A stretch of 63,075 nt of DNA, counting the filler, from Chiloscyllium plagiosum (Eukaryota), in assembly GCF_004010195.1 (NCBI RefSeq). It is 3 parts of one record of this genome, joined end to end, with 100 filler letters (N's around TTAATTAATTAA, not from the genome) between each part and the next. Parts side by side here need not be neighbours in the genome. Positions count along the whole stretch, not along the records: positions 26,834 to 57,327 come from NC_057717.1; 2 more parts are not named here. One strand, 5' to 3'. The notes beneath the pieces were generated by a model. That model was not told the DNA's origin. It made no database searches and saw only the letters and a program-made list of their open reading frames with translations. Of this stretch, positions 36,855 to 49,874 are shown one piece after another (position 1 is the first letter of the stretch; each line of letters starts with the position of its first letter). A program made the translations under genes and the position numbers.

Positions 36855-38800
36855 AAGAACGAGGAGCATCAGTCAGCAATCCACCCCCATGAGTCTGTTC
36901 CGCCATTGAATACAATCATGGTTGACATCATCGTGGTCTCAGTCCAACATTCCTACACACTCTCCATACCCCTTTATTTACTCAATGTCCCAGTATCCCC
37001 TGCAATCTGGGGTAGTGAATTACACAGAGTCACAACCCTTTGAGATAAGTAAGTTCTCCTTACCCCTGTTTTATATCTGATCTGCCTGATCCTAAAACTA
37101 TGATCTCTTGTTCTAGTTTTCCCCACAATAGGAAATATCCACTCCACACCGACATTGTCAATCACCTTTAACATCCTCCGGACCTCAATGAGGTCTCCTC
37201 TCATTCTTCTAAACTCCAGAGAGTATAAGACTGAACTGCTCAAATTCTCTTTAAAAGACAAATTCATATCTGGAATCAATCTAATTAATTGATCAGTACC
37301 TTCATTGTAACTATATACCTTCTGCAGTCAGGGCAGCAAACCTGAACACAGTATGTCAGTTACAGTCTCACTAATACCTTGCAGAATTGCAGTAATTCTT
37401 CCCTCCCTTTATACTCTATTCTTTTACAAGTAAATGCTGAAATTGCACTTGCCTTTCTCAGTCCCTGCTGTACCCCCATGTAAGTTTTCTGTGGTATGCA
37501 GAAGGACACCCAGATTCCTCTGCACATATGCACTCTGATGTTGCTCTCCATGTCCATAATATGTTCGATTCCTCTGACCGAAATGGTTAATCCCATATTA
37601 TCCACGTTAAATTTTAGTTGCCAGAGGTGGCACACTCATCTAAACTATTCATGTCCATTTGTAAATGTTCTACTTCTTCATTACATCAACCTACTTTTCC
37701 ACTTGTTTTAGTGTCAGCTGAAAATGTGGCTTTAGTGTTTTCTCTCCTCTCATCCAAGTGAGGAAGTGAGGACTGCAGATGTGGAGACCAGGGTTGAAAA
37801 GTGTAGTGCAGGAAAGGCCAGCAGGCCAGGCAGCATCCGAGGAGCAGGAGAATCGACATTTCGGGCATAAGCCCTTCTTCAGGAATGAGGCTGCTGTGCC
37901 AAGCGGGCTGAGATAAAAGGTGGGGGGGGGGAGTTTGGGGCAGGGGCGCTGGGAATACGATAGGTGGAAGGAGGTGAGGGTGAGTGTGACAGGCCGGAGA
38001 GGGGGTGAGGCGGAGAGGTCGGGAAGAAGATTGCAGGTCAAGAGGGCGGTGCTGCATCTGGGGATTGGGACTGAGATACGGTGGGAGGAGGGGCAATGAG
38101 GAAGCTGGAGAAATCTACATTCCTGAAACGTCGATTCTCCTGCTCCTCGGATGATGCCTGGCCTGCTGCGCCTTTCCAGCACCACACTTTTCAACTCTCA
38201 TCCAAATGATACAATAAATGGTAAATCTTCAGGTCGTGTGGTCTGAACTCTATGGAACCCCAAAAGTTGCCAACCATGAACGAAACAACTATCCAATCTC
38301 TCTGCAGTTTGTTGGCTCACCAGCCCTCTATCTAGGAGAATGACCTCCTCCCAAACCCATGTCCTCTTATTTTACAGCTTAATATTTTGTGCAGCGTTAA
38401 ATCAGTCCCTTTTCAAAGCTCAGGTACTTTGCTTCTCCAGGATCTCTATTGTCTACTCTCTTAAAAGATGTGACAAGCAAAGTAGACAATGGAATTGGCT
38501 GTGTAATTGGCTTCTGTTGCAGACGCTTTCCGGTGTTCTATGCAAAAAATAAGATCATCCTTCATTTTGTAAACTCTAATGCATATTGTATCAAACTGAT
38601 CATCCTTTCCTTATAAGGTAACCTCTTGATTGCAGGAATCAGTTGAGGGAACCATCTCTGAGCTGCTTCCAACAAAACAATATCCTTTCTTCACTAAGGA
38701 GACTAAATCTGGACATACTTCTTCAGATGTGATCTGATTAAGATCCTGTACAACATCAGCAACACTTTACCAACCTGATATAAAGTTCCCACCCAGTTTA
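36855..38800 (-). mobile_element. CR1 LINE fragments, minus strand
   Basis: ORF 36974-37279 has LYSLEFRRMRGDLIEV; ORF 37360-37635 has LWQLKFNVD and LLQFCKVLVR. Confidence 0.85.
37762..38194. mobile_element. Penelope-like insertion with inverted terminal copies and TSD ctctcatccaa
   Basis: TSD at 37747-37757 and 38195-38205. 37795-37860 is the inverse of ~38125-38194. A hammerhead-like core lies on the minus strand at 37851-37885. Confidence 0.85.
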
Positions 38801-38805
38801 GAAAC

Positions 38806-38845
38806 TTCCTGAAGAAGGGCTCATGCCCGAAACGTCGATTCTCCT
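38806..38845 (+). ncRNA. Minimal type I hammerhead-ribozyme motif in a Penelope-derived repeat
   Basis: CUGAAGA-A-GGGC(UCAU)GCCC-GAAA-CGUC: both core boxes, stem II, palindromic ACGU stem III and a GUC triplet. Stem I is only ~2 bp. Confidence 0.6.
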
Positions 38846-39799
38846 GCTCCTTAGATGCTACCTGACCTGCTGTGCTTCTCCAGCAACACATTTTCAGCTA
38901 TGTTTTAAAACAGGAAACTAGATACCCAGGTGTATGCGTACCACAGTAATAATGAACAATATTTAGCTACATCTAAACTGCGTTAACCCACGTGAATAAT
39001 AATGCAGTGTAAAGGGATTTCATGAGCGTATTTGAGATGGTTTTATTTAACAGTATGTTGAGCACTGAGGTGGAGATCAGGCTGTTTTGACATTGGTGTG
39101 ATGTGATCGGAAGTGCTAATTGAAAACCCTGCTGAAAAGGAGGCTTCGGGAATAGTAATTATAATTTATTGAATTTTATATGAGGTCTGAATACAAAACA
39201 GTATTTTTTTAAATTGTGGTCATAAACCTGAGTCATGCAAATCACGAAAATATGAGGCGTAAATTAGCTTTGTTGAATTGGAGAAGTACATGAGAAAGAT
39301 TTAATGGAAGACAGGCAATGGTTGTTGTTTAAATAAACACCTTAAAATGTACAATATACACATGTCCACCACAGTTCAAACAGCAAAGGGGTAAGGTGTC
39401 TTAACAATAGCTAACAAAATAAGTTAAAGGTTGTATTAGATCAAAGGAAGCAGCTCAGAAAAATTCCGGATATTGTTGTAAGCCATGGATTCAGAGATAT
39501 TTGAGGACCAATGAACTGATAAGGAAATTTAAAAAAGAATGCAAGCGAAAAGAAGCATAAGGATGATCAAACGCTTCTCTCGATACTTGATGGGAAAGTG
39601 AAGGCAAGGACACATGTGGAATGGGGAATATCCACACAAAATAATTTCTTGCAGAGAACTAGGAAATTGCAGAGAAACTAAACAGTTACTTTCATGCCTA
39701 TCTTATTAGAGGCAAGATTAACTGATGGAGAAACTCAGTTTGTGTTCTCCAGTGATTGCCAAAATGAAAGGAGAATGCAGTGAAACTTAGAAGTTCGCA

Positions 39800-41520
39800 C
39801 GGAGAGACGGACTGGCACAGGGACAGGGAGATGTATTGCCAGGAAAGGGTATGGAGAATCCCAAGATGTTCTCCACGTACATCAATCAGAACAGAATAAC
39901 CAGAAAACAACTAGGGCCCATTAGAGACCAAGGGAGTACTCTGTGTGTGAAGCTGGAGGACATTGATCGATTGCTACATGAGAGCTCTATATCTGTTTTA
40001 CTTCGGAGAAGGACATTGCAGGGACAGAATTAAAGAAGATGGATTGGGAAGCTCTTAAACAGACTGATATAAGATGTGAGCAGAGATCAGAGGCTTTGGC
40101 TGGTACAAAAGTGTACTGATTGCCAGGTCTGGATGAGTTGTATCACAGGCTGCTGTTAGAGACAAAGGACAAAAGGCCCTGACTCAAATTTTTAAGTCGA
40201 ATCTGGCCACATGGAAGTTGGAGCTGCCAGATGACTGGAGAACGACTAATGTGGTCCCACATTACAGGAAGGATAGTGGAAATAGAACGGAGAACTGTAA
40301 ACCAGTAAGTATTAGATCAGTGTTAGGACAAGCACTGGAGAAAATAGGAAAGTAGAAAATTGATCTCTATTTAGGGAGGCAAGGTTTAATTAAGGATAGT
40401 CTGTATGACATCATCAGAGGGAAATCATACAAATGAATGTTATTGTATATTTTCGAGCTTGTTGTTTATATGGTTTTTCAGTAAGGACTTTGACAAAGGC
40501 CATATGGGAAACTGATTTTATAAAAAATGTCATGATATCAAGGGTAACTAAGTGAGTGACATCAAACATTGTCTTATTGTCAGGAGACAGAGGGTGGAGG
40601 CAAAAGGTTGTTTGTGTGACTGAAGACCAGTGTCGCCTGGTGTACCACAGGGATCAGTGCTGTGTCCCTTATTATTTGTGGCATTCATAAATGATCCCGA
40701 AATGAATGTGTAGGGGGATGGTGGAGTGTGATAATTAAGTTTGTATTTGACACAAAGATTGGCCGAATGGTTGGCAGTGAGGAGGAAGGCCTTATGTTAC
40801 AGGAAGATACACATGGAATGGTCAGATGGTCAGATGGATAGTAACCCTGATAAATATGAGGTGATGTACTTTGGAAGAAGGAACCAAAAATCGGAGTATA
40901 GAATGAATGGCAGCTCACTAGGAAGCTCAGAGGGTGTTTCTCCACAGATCCCTGAATGTGACTGCACAGGTTAACAAGTTAGGGAAAAAGTGAGGACTGC
41001 AGACGTTTCAGATCAGAATCACGAAGTGTAGTTCTGGAAAAGCAGTCGGTCGGGCAGCATCCAAGGAGCGGGAGAGCCGACGTTTCGAATATAAGCTTTT
41101 CATTGGGAATAATGTGTCACATTCCTGATGAAGAGCTTATTCTCGAAACATCGAATTTCCTGCTTCTCGGATGCTGGCTGATCTGCTGTGCTTTTCCAGC
41201 AACACACATTTTGACTAAGGTTAATAGATTAGTTAAGAAGGCAGCGGGAAGGCAGCGCAGCCTTCATTCATCAACATATACATTGTCAGAGCTATAAAGT
41301 CTATGGTTAGGCCAAGATGGAATATTGTGTGTAGTTCTGGAAACCTTATTACCGGAAGGATGTAATTGTATTGGAGGGGTGCAGAGGAGATTCACCAGGA
41401 TTTTCCCTGGGATGGAGCATATCAGCTATGGAGAGAGGCTGGGTAAGCTTTGGTTGGTTTACTTTGGAGCACAGAAGGCTGAGGGAAAGGTGATTGGGAA
41501 GGGTAAGATTACGAGGGTGA
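39800..41520 (+). mobile_element. Decayed CR1 LINE ORF2 with a Penelope-derived inverted-repeat insertion (~40985-41217)
   Basis: ENPKMFSTYI, LGPIRDQ, GVPQGSVL and GVQRRFTRIFPGME remnants. The insertion is flanked by aggttaa (40968 and 41218). Confidence 0.85.
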
Positions 41521-43239
41521 TTTTCAGAAAGATTTTACTGAAATCCTAAGCCCAGTGTCAAAATCAAATCTTATGGGATTGTGGCGAATATGGTTTCAGA
41601 AAGGGACAGCTGGTAGGAGAGAGTGAGTAAAAGTTTTATGATTTTGATTTTATGACCAGGTGTATTTTACAGCATAAATATAATAAAATAGAGAGAAAAG
41701 CGTCCACGTGTTGCCACAAAGTGGTGCCATTTTGAATAATTGAAGAAAATGGAATTTAAAAAGGTTACAGCTTGAAGAGAGCTGATGCATTGTGAGCCAG
41801 CTCCTCACCATCGACCACCCCTGCAAACCAATCCCTCCATGACAGCTACATCACTATCTATACCAGACCCCAGCAACATTGAAGATGCTGATCCTCGGGC
41901 ACCATCTTTGCCACTGGGCAGATACTCCTCCTTAACCGGCTCATTGCCCCCTGTGCCAGACCAGTTCCAATGTCAGAGACACGTCTCTTACTGCTAGACC
42001 CACATCATTGATGTTACCATCATGGCCTTCCACTATCCGCTTCATCACCACCAGTGCAGGACCCAAGCAGCAACGAGTCCCTAATCCTCAGGAATCACCG
42101 TTTGCTGCTGGGCCCTATCTCACCCACGTTGCCTCTGCTGATGTAGCAGCTGCCAATTCCAGGTCCTGTACTTGCTCCGGAAAAGTAAGTAAGGACTCAC
42201 TCTCCTCCACACTGCGCTCACCTTGAGGTCCAAACCCTGGTTCCAGCTTGAGGTCAGTAAGTTACAGAGAGAACAGTAGTGGAGAAAATAAGATAAAGGA
42301 AGCATATAAGAGTGCACAGGTTCCAGCAAAGCAGCCCTTGGACCGAAGCACTGGAATAAAAGGATCATTTTATTGGAGACGTAGGCTCGTGGAGTATCTC
42401 AGGAATATGTTCTTGGATCCGAGCTATTCGCGAACATCTCAAACATTTGGTTGACAGAATCAATTTCAATATATCTCAGTCTGCTGTAGGAGAAATGCAT
42501 TGAGGAGATCCTCGGCCATNNNNNNNNNNNNNNNNNNNNNNNNNNNNNNNNNNNNNNNNNNNNNNNNNNNNNNNNNNNNNNNNNNNNNNNNNNNNNNNNN
42601 NNNNNNNNNNNNNNNNNNNNNNNNNNNNNNNNNNNNNNNNNNNNNNNNNNNNNNNNNNNNNNNNNNNNNNNNNNNNNNNNNNNNNNNNNNNNNNNNNNNN
42701 NNNNNNNNNNNNNNNNNNNNNNNNNNNNNNNNNNNNNNNNNNNNNNNNNNNNNNNNNNNNNNNNNNNNNNNNNNNNNNNNNNNNNNNNNNNNNNNNNNNN
42801 NNNNNNNNNNNNNNNNNNNNNNNNNNNNNNNNNNNNNNNNNNNNNNNNNNNNNNNNNNNNNNNNNNNNNNNNNNNNNNNNNNNNNNNNNNNNNNNNNNNN
42901 NNNNNNNNNNNNNNNNNNNNNNNNNNNNNNNNNNNNNNNNNNNNNNNNNNNNNNNNNNNNNNNNNNNNNNNNNNNNNNNNNNNNNNNNNNNNNNNNNNNN
43001 NNNNNNNNNNNNNNNNNNNACTGTAGAAATCATCACCCCCTTTAGACAAAGGAATTTATTTTCTTGACGTCTTATTGGCACTAGTAAGAGTTTCACGCTA
43101 CCTTAGTATTTTACCATGAAGACAAACAAATCACAGTATGAAGTTTGTGCTGAGTGTTGTTTACCTGTCGTTTTTTGAAAAAAATATTGTTTCAAATTTG
43201 CAATGCTGATTAGTAAATGCTTGTACTTGAAGTTAGTAT

Positions 43240-43630
43240 CGAATGGAATGGAGGACGTTGAGAGGTGACATTCTGGAAGTTAATAAAATCATGGGAGGCA
43301 TGGATAGGGTGAATTGCCAAGGTCTTTTCCACACGATGGGGGAGACCAACCATATAGGATACAGATTTAAGGTGAAAAGGGGAAGATTTAACATTCACAA
43401 AACTGCAACTTTTTCACGCAGAGGAGGTGTGTGTATGGAATGAGCTGCCAGATGAACTGGTAGATGCAAGTACAGCGACAACTTTTAAAAGACATTTGGA
43501 CAAACATATGAATGGGAAGCGTTTCGAGGCATGTGGACCAAATGCAATCAGATGAGACTAGTTTAGTTTGGAAAACCTGGTCAGCATGGACATTTTGGAT
43601 GAAATGTTTGTGTGCAATATGACTGTATGA
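43240..43630 (+). mobile_element. CR1/HER1 LINE 3' end
   Basis: LRGDILEVNKIMGGMDRVN and WNELPDE remnants. Confidence 0.85.
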
Positions 43631-46600
43631 ATCTAGAAAGCGAGGGAAAAACCAAGACATGGACGGATAAAGGATGAAAGGATATGATGTAAATAAATTG
43701 GCAAGAAATATAAAAACAAGCATCACCAGTTTTTCTGTGTGTATATAAAAATTTGAAGATGAGTGTGTGACCTTTGATAGAATGACAGTCAGGAAAGCAT
43801 ATTGAGGCAATTCGGAGGGTATGACTGGGGAAGTGGCTACAGGGAACATGCTGATAATTTACACCAGTATTTGACATTAATCCTCACAGGGAAAACACGG
43901 TAAGTATTTTAAAATCATCAAGAAAATGGTAATAGGAGGGTTCTCGAACCGTCTCTAACAAAAGGTACAAGATTTTTAACAACGGATAAAACTAAGGATA
44001 GGCAGGTCAGCAGTAATTCATAATTGGTTTTAAAGGAAGTGGTTTCAGAGTGACTGGTGTCACTGTGTAAAATAATCCATAACTCTCTGGATTGCAGGCG
44101 TGTTCCAGTGAAACTCGTGAAGCTCCAATATGGCGCCTGTTTTCAAGGATAGAGCGAGACAGAAAGCAGATACCATTTAGCCTAACCATTATTACTGGGA
44201 ATCTCCGACAGTCTGTTATTAAGGAAGGAATTGCAGGGCGTTTAGAAAAGCTTCAGGCAGAGTCAGTATGGTTTTGTGAAAGGAAACTATGTTTTGCCTT
44301 GTAAAATCATGCAAAGGTTTTCTGGACATCCCATGAGAATGTTACAAGCGGACTTGATAAAGGGGGACTGTTAGACATGAGGCTTTCCAGAGATTTTCCA
44401 CAAGGTATCACAAAGTAAAGGTTATTCCACCAGACAGAACCTCAGAATATCATGGATAACATGGGATGACGGATGGTTATCACAAAGAAATTGGAGAGTC
44501 AGGATTCATCGATCCTTATGGTAAAGACATATCTACTGGAGTAGCACCAATATCAGTCCAATGGCTTCAGCTATTTACATCTATACTGAGAGCCTGAAGG
44601 AGGGAGCTGAGTGCAATACACATCCGAGGTTGAGGATGACACTGACAACCAAAAGGCAGGCTGTTATTTAATGAAGAGGAGACCCAACAAAAGAGCATTA
44701 CAAAGGGATTGGAGTGTTCCTGCGTATGAAACATAAAGTCATCATGCTGATGCAGAAAGTAACTAGATTGATACATTAAGCGGGTTTCTGAGATGAGAGG
44801 GTAGAATTATTGAGTACATCTAAAATGGTGAGGCAATTATTCATTGTGCTTGAAATGAATGAGCGTGACATTACTGAAATGTACAAGGTACAGAGGGGGC
44901 TTGACAACGTATTTGTTGAGAATGTGGTTCCACATCTGGGCAGAGTGTCTCACTCCTGGACATTGATACTGAATAATGAATATCGATTTCAAACTGAGAT
45001 GTAAAGAAAAGTCATCTTTCAGAAAATAGTGAATGTTTGGTATTCCCTAACCCAGAGAGTTGTGGAAGGTGGGTCACTGAATATATTTACATAGGGGGTG
45101 GATTGGTTTCGGACATATAAGCGAGTTGAGAATACAAGGGGGTAGCAGGAAAGTGGAGTTGAGCCAGCCTGGATTCGACAAGTACATTTTCGAAACAAGG
45201 CCTAACCATCGGAGTGATCTCGATCTGCTCCTGTGTAGCAGGTCCGAAGGGCTGAATGGAACATCAGAACACAGAGCTGAGGGACACTAGTGGGCCATTC
45301 GGCCCTTTGACACTACTCCACCAGTAAAGTAGGTCATGGTTCATCTCATTGTCTTCTCAGCTGCACTTTTCTCTCCATGCACCATTATCCCTGGGGATAC
45401 ACATGTCTATGGAAAATCAGACGAAGCCAGCCTCGATATAATATAAAGATTCAGCCATCATAAACTTCTGGGAAAGAGAATTCCCACTTGAATAAGTGCC
45501 CACTTTGAGAATTTTCCTCACTCCGGTTCTAACTATGGTTGGAGGGTGCCACTGTTACCGTTTCTAATACCGCTCCTCCACAGTTTGCAACAAATTTAAA
45601 TGTAACCAAGTTGGAGATATGGCCGATGATAAAGGTCTCAGACTGGGTCAGGTTCAGTGATAAGAACAAGTCAGGCAGATTTTTTTAGTCAGCCACATAT
45701 AACTAATAGAAGTACCGGAGCAGCATGGTGGTTCTGTGGTTAGCACTGCGGCCTCATATCATCAAGGAGCTGGGTTCAATAGCAACCTTCAATTCTCCCC
45801 GTATCTGTGTATGTTTTCTCCTGGTGATCCAGTTTCCTCCCACCGTCCAAAGATGTGCAAGTCAGAGTTAATTGGACATGCTCAATTGTCCATAGTGCTC
45901 AGGGATATGTAGGTTAGCTGGTTTGGTCATGGAAAATGTAGGATTATATGGTTAGGGTAGGGGGATAGGTCTGAGTGGGATGCCGTTCGTGGGCCAATGT
46001 GGACTCAATGGACAAAATGTCCTGCTTCCACACTGTAGAGGTTCTATGACAATCACAAGTTTGGACTAGACAAAGACCCAGTGGTTATTTACCTGATCCA
46101 TGCTCCTTAAGGTCTTACATATTTCAATAAGATCATCGCTCATTCCAAGAATAATCTATTAAAGCCTCCATAATAAAAGCCCTTCATTCCTGGAATACGT
46201 GAAGTGAAACATCTCTGAACTGCATCCAATGTAATTATGTCTTTTCTCTGGTAAGGAAAAAAAAACAACTTCACAGCCCAGATGAGGTTATTTATTATTT
46301 TCTCAGTGTTGTGAGACTTTGGAAGTCTCTTCCCGCAGAGCATTGGAGGCAGAGATATTGAATATTTTTGGGGCACAGTTCGAAGGTTCATGGATAACAT
46401 TGGATTCAAGGATTATTGTGCAGGAATATGCAGTGTGGGTGAAATGCTGGCAGTAGTTCAAAATGACACTGATCCAAAACACCCAGGAACATAATGCAAA
46501 ACAAATGGTAAGGTAGGTAAATAAAATAAATGCAAAAGTGATAGAATAGAGTTCCAAAGGACCATGGGGCTGCTCTGTGATGACGGAGAGACCACTCGTG

Positions 46601-49600
46601 GTGGTTTAACCTGAGGGTCAGCACACCTAAGGTGTTGGGGTGAGGTTGAGAAAGTGTCGACTTCATGGTCACCTCTATCAGAGTGTCAGTGTGGGAAATT
46701 GAACCTGCGCTGGTGTCCTCTTTCTGCACCACAAACCAGCCATCCAACCAAATGAGTGGGAGACTGTGTAACTGTTACAGACAGAAACAGCCACAGACAA
46801 AGGATAATAGAAACTTTCAAAACAAGGGAAAAAGGTACAATTCAGATTACAGTCAAGATAACAGCTGAGGATAAAAATGTTCTCGGCTAGAAATTGTATG
46901 TTATAACGAGGCAAGTGTTTGGAAGCTGTCTTTGGCTGAATAAAATAAGGTGAGACAAGTGAAATAACCACAATACTAATTATTATTGCTTACTGATAAC
47001 CATAACATAAGTGTAGATTTTGGTCAGTCTGTGTAAAATGAGCTTACCATGACATAAAAATATACAACTGATGGAATATATTGTTTGGAGTGTCCGTCCC
47101 CGTGGGAAATGCCCTCGAACAGGCGCTTGAAGAAAACCGGGGTAAACGTGCCTGAGTGTCATCTGGTCAGTGACAGGAACCCAGGGAGTTGAATAACTGA
47201 AATTTCATGCAACATGGAGCTGAGAAAACCATCAAATAAGCCGCAATCTTATTATATGCTAAGGCACATTTGAAGAGTTGATTGGCCTCGTAATGGATTT
47301 TAATTGTATGTGGTTTGAATAACATACATCTCTAATCCATCCCTTTATATGTTACATAATGGTGCATTGACATTTTCCTGAAAATGGAAATTACTTGGAA
47401 CATTTTCTGGAACATCCCATAATCGTCCTTCTCCAGAATATTCTATCACCGTGTGAAAGACGAGAGAGAAAGAGAGAAAGAGGAAAGGCACTGCGTGCAG
47501 CAGTGAGAGTGATGCAGAATGAGCCTTGTTCGGATAGGTGCTATAACAGTGTTTATAGTGTGCGGCTAAAGTGGCGAGAGAGAGAGAGAGAAGGTGCTGC
47601 ATGCAGCAGTGAGAGTGGTGGTGCATGAGCCTTGTTCGGGGGTAGGTGCTATAACAGATTTCAATGAGTGTGCGGGAGCAGAGAGAAGATGGTGACACTT
47701 ATCCTGGCAGAATGGGGAAGGTTATTGATGCCTGTACTGTATTGTTGGACATTTCTTCAGACCGCAGATCCTGCACTGAACTGGGCGGTGAGCTGCCACC
47801 ACTGCGCAGGATATCTCCAAACTGAGAAAGCTCAACCGTTTGCCAATTGGCCTTTTAAAGATGGTGCCAGTGCCAGGGATCACAGAATATCCATGGGGCA
47901 TCCAAGAGATGGTGTTTACCTTCAGCCATGAAGGGTGGGAGAATTAGGCTGGCATTGAATGATAGGTACACCGTGGGGTGGGGTGGGTATTTAATGAGGT
48001 AAGTTCGATAAGATAGCACCAGGAAACTAACTCAGCCTCGTACAGATAATCCCTCAGTCACACTCAATGAAAATGGCACTGAGATAATTTATTGTTAGTT
48101 TCTGCACAATGAGTTGAAGATTCGGTTGACTCCACTCCCAGTTACAAAGCTGAATAACAAATGTTCACCAAAAAATCTCCATAATCCGAATTCACACCAA
48201 TATCCCACTCACCCATCATTCCTGGGAATACTGGCTCACGTTGCCAGCTAATGTCAAAATATCTTCATTTCAGCATTCTGAAACCTGTGATCTTCCATGA
48301 AATTGCCTCTCAATCTCCCTTTCCCTTTTTCCCCAAAAATATTTTGTTTGTTGATATTTAAACTGATTCCCCTGCCATCTCTCTCTGGCAGTGATGTTCA
48401 CACCCACAGCACCCCCTTGTCATGGCACAATGGACATATGGGGCTGTAAATGGATGGGAGCTGCACATCCTGTCACTTCCAGCATGGGCTGCAAGTTTCC
48501 TCACTATGGGCAGATATCTAACACATTGTTACTGAGCAATGTACTGGAGTGGTGAAAACAGCTGCTTTGACGGTAACTGCTCCAGGTTTACAGATCCATT
48601 CACTGCGCAGCTCCCCATACCGATAAGATGCCATGTCCACGTCCATAGAGCAAGACACTGGTGTGGGCTGCATATCACCCCAAGCTGGACGACACTGGTG
48701 TGGGCTGCATATCACCCCAAGCTGGACATAACGTTTCGTCAGTGTTTCTGAATCAATACATTGGTGTGTACTGTACTGCTCCACGTGTTGGACAGATGGC
48801 TAGTGGACTGGAGAGACCTGTGCTATATTCCATCTGGACTGATTGCTGGGTTGTACTGAACCTGGTCTGCACAGTGCTCCATGTTGAGCAAATATCTCAT
48901 CTGGGCTTATACGGTCTGGGCTGGATCTGTGAGGTGGATTAACTCTGCGATATAATTCCTGATAGAACTATCACTCCTCCAGCATGGGGCATTCCGCTGT
49001 TAAATCCTGTGTTTCTGCAACATGTTGTTCATTAAGTAATTAGCCAATTAACACGTGAATATCTGTCCTTTTTACTATGGAACTGAGCAGACACATATCA
49101 AAATATATGATGAACGTAGTCTTGACCGGAACATTTTCTTATTTTAAAGATAAATGTGAGGTGCTGTGTTTCAGATGCAATTCGCCTGGTCAAAATATTC
49201 GACATTAAGCAAAACACAATTCATTCAAACACTGTCAAAAAACAAAAAAGCAGAATGATAGATTGTTTAACTACTAAACAATAACTGTTCCAATATGGTA
49301 ACATCCTATAAACACACACGTCAAAAACAAATTCAGGAAAAAGATTGTCCCACATGCTGTTCTCCAATCCAGGAGGAAAGAACATCAAAAGACAATTCTG
49401 AGAGAAATCTCATAGACAGTGTAGCAACTGGGAATGACTTCCAGCCTTCCAATGCTGCTGATACCACAGCAATAACTGGGGAAAAGGAGCTGTTTGTACA
49501 TTGACTGTGATTGATGTCAGTCTCCATGGATACGAACTGCGTCATTGGAGGGTTTCCCTCTTCTATTATTAAGGGGCTTCCTTCAACATGTTATTCCATA

Positions 49601-49742
49601 GTATCAGCGGCAGCGTCATCCTCAAGATGATTGGGCTCAGCAGCTACAGGGAGAGGGAGAGGAAGAGAATCTTAGAACAATAAACTGGAATGTTCCAACA
49701 ATAGATCAGAATCTGAGAGCATTAGACTGGAATGTTCCAACA

Positions 49743-49874
49743 ATGGACAGTACTTTATCTTTGGGTCTATACTTGGATTCTCAGGATTGGGCATGTTTAG
49801 AGTTGAGGATACGAGCCGTACTGATTTTTATTCAGGCAGCTTACTTTCTATCCTCGCTATTATTGGTGTTCCGG
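49743..49874 (+). pseudogene. Paralogous GPR139-like exon 1 with a 1-nt frameshift; upstream ATG lost
   Basis: MDSTLSLGLYLDSQDWACLELRIRAVLIFIQAAYF, then a 1-bp deletion relative to copy A. The shifted frame reads ILAIIGVP+G|GTAAG (donor at 49875). The first ATG of copy A is ATA here (49701-49703). Confidence 0.7.
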
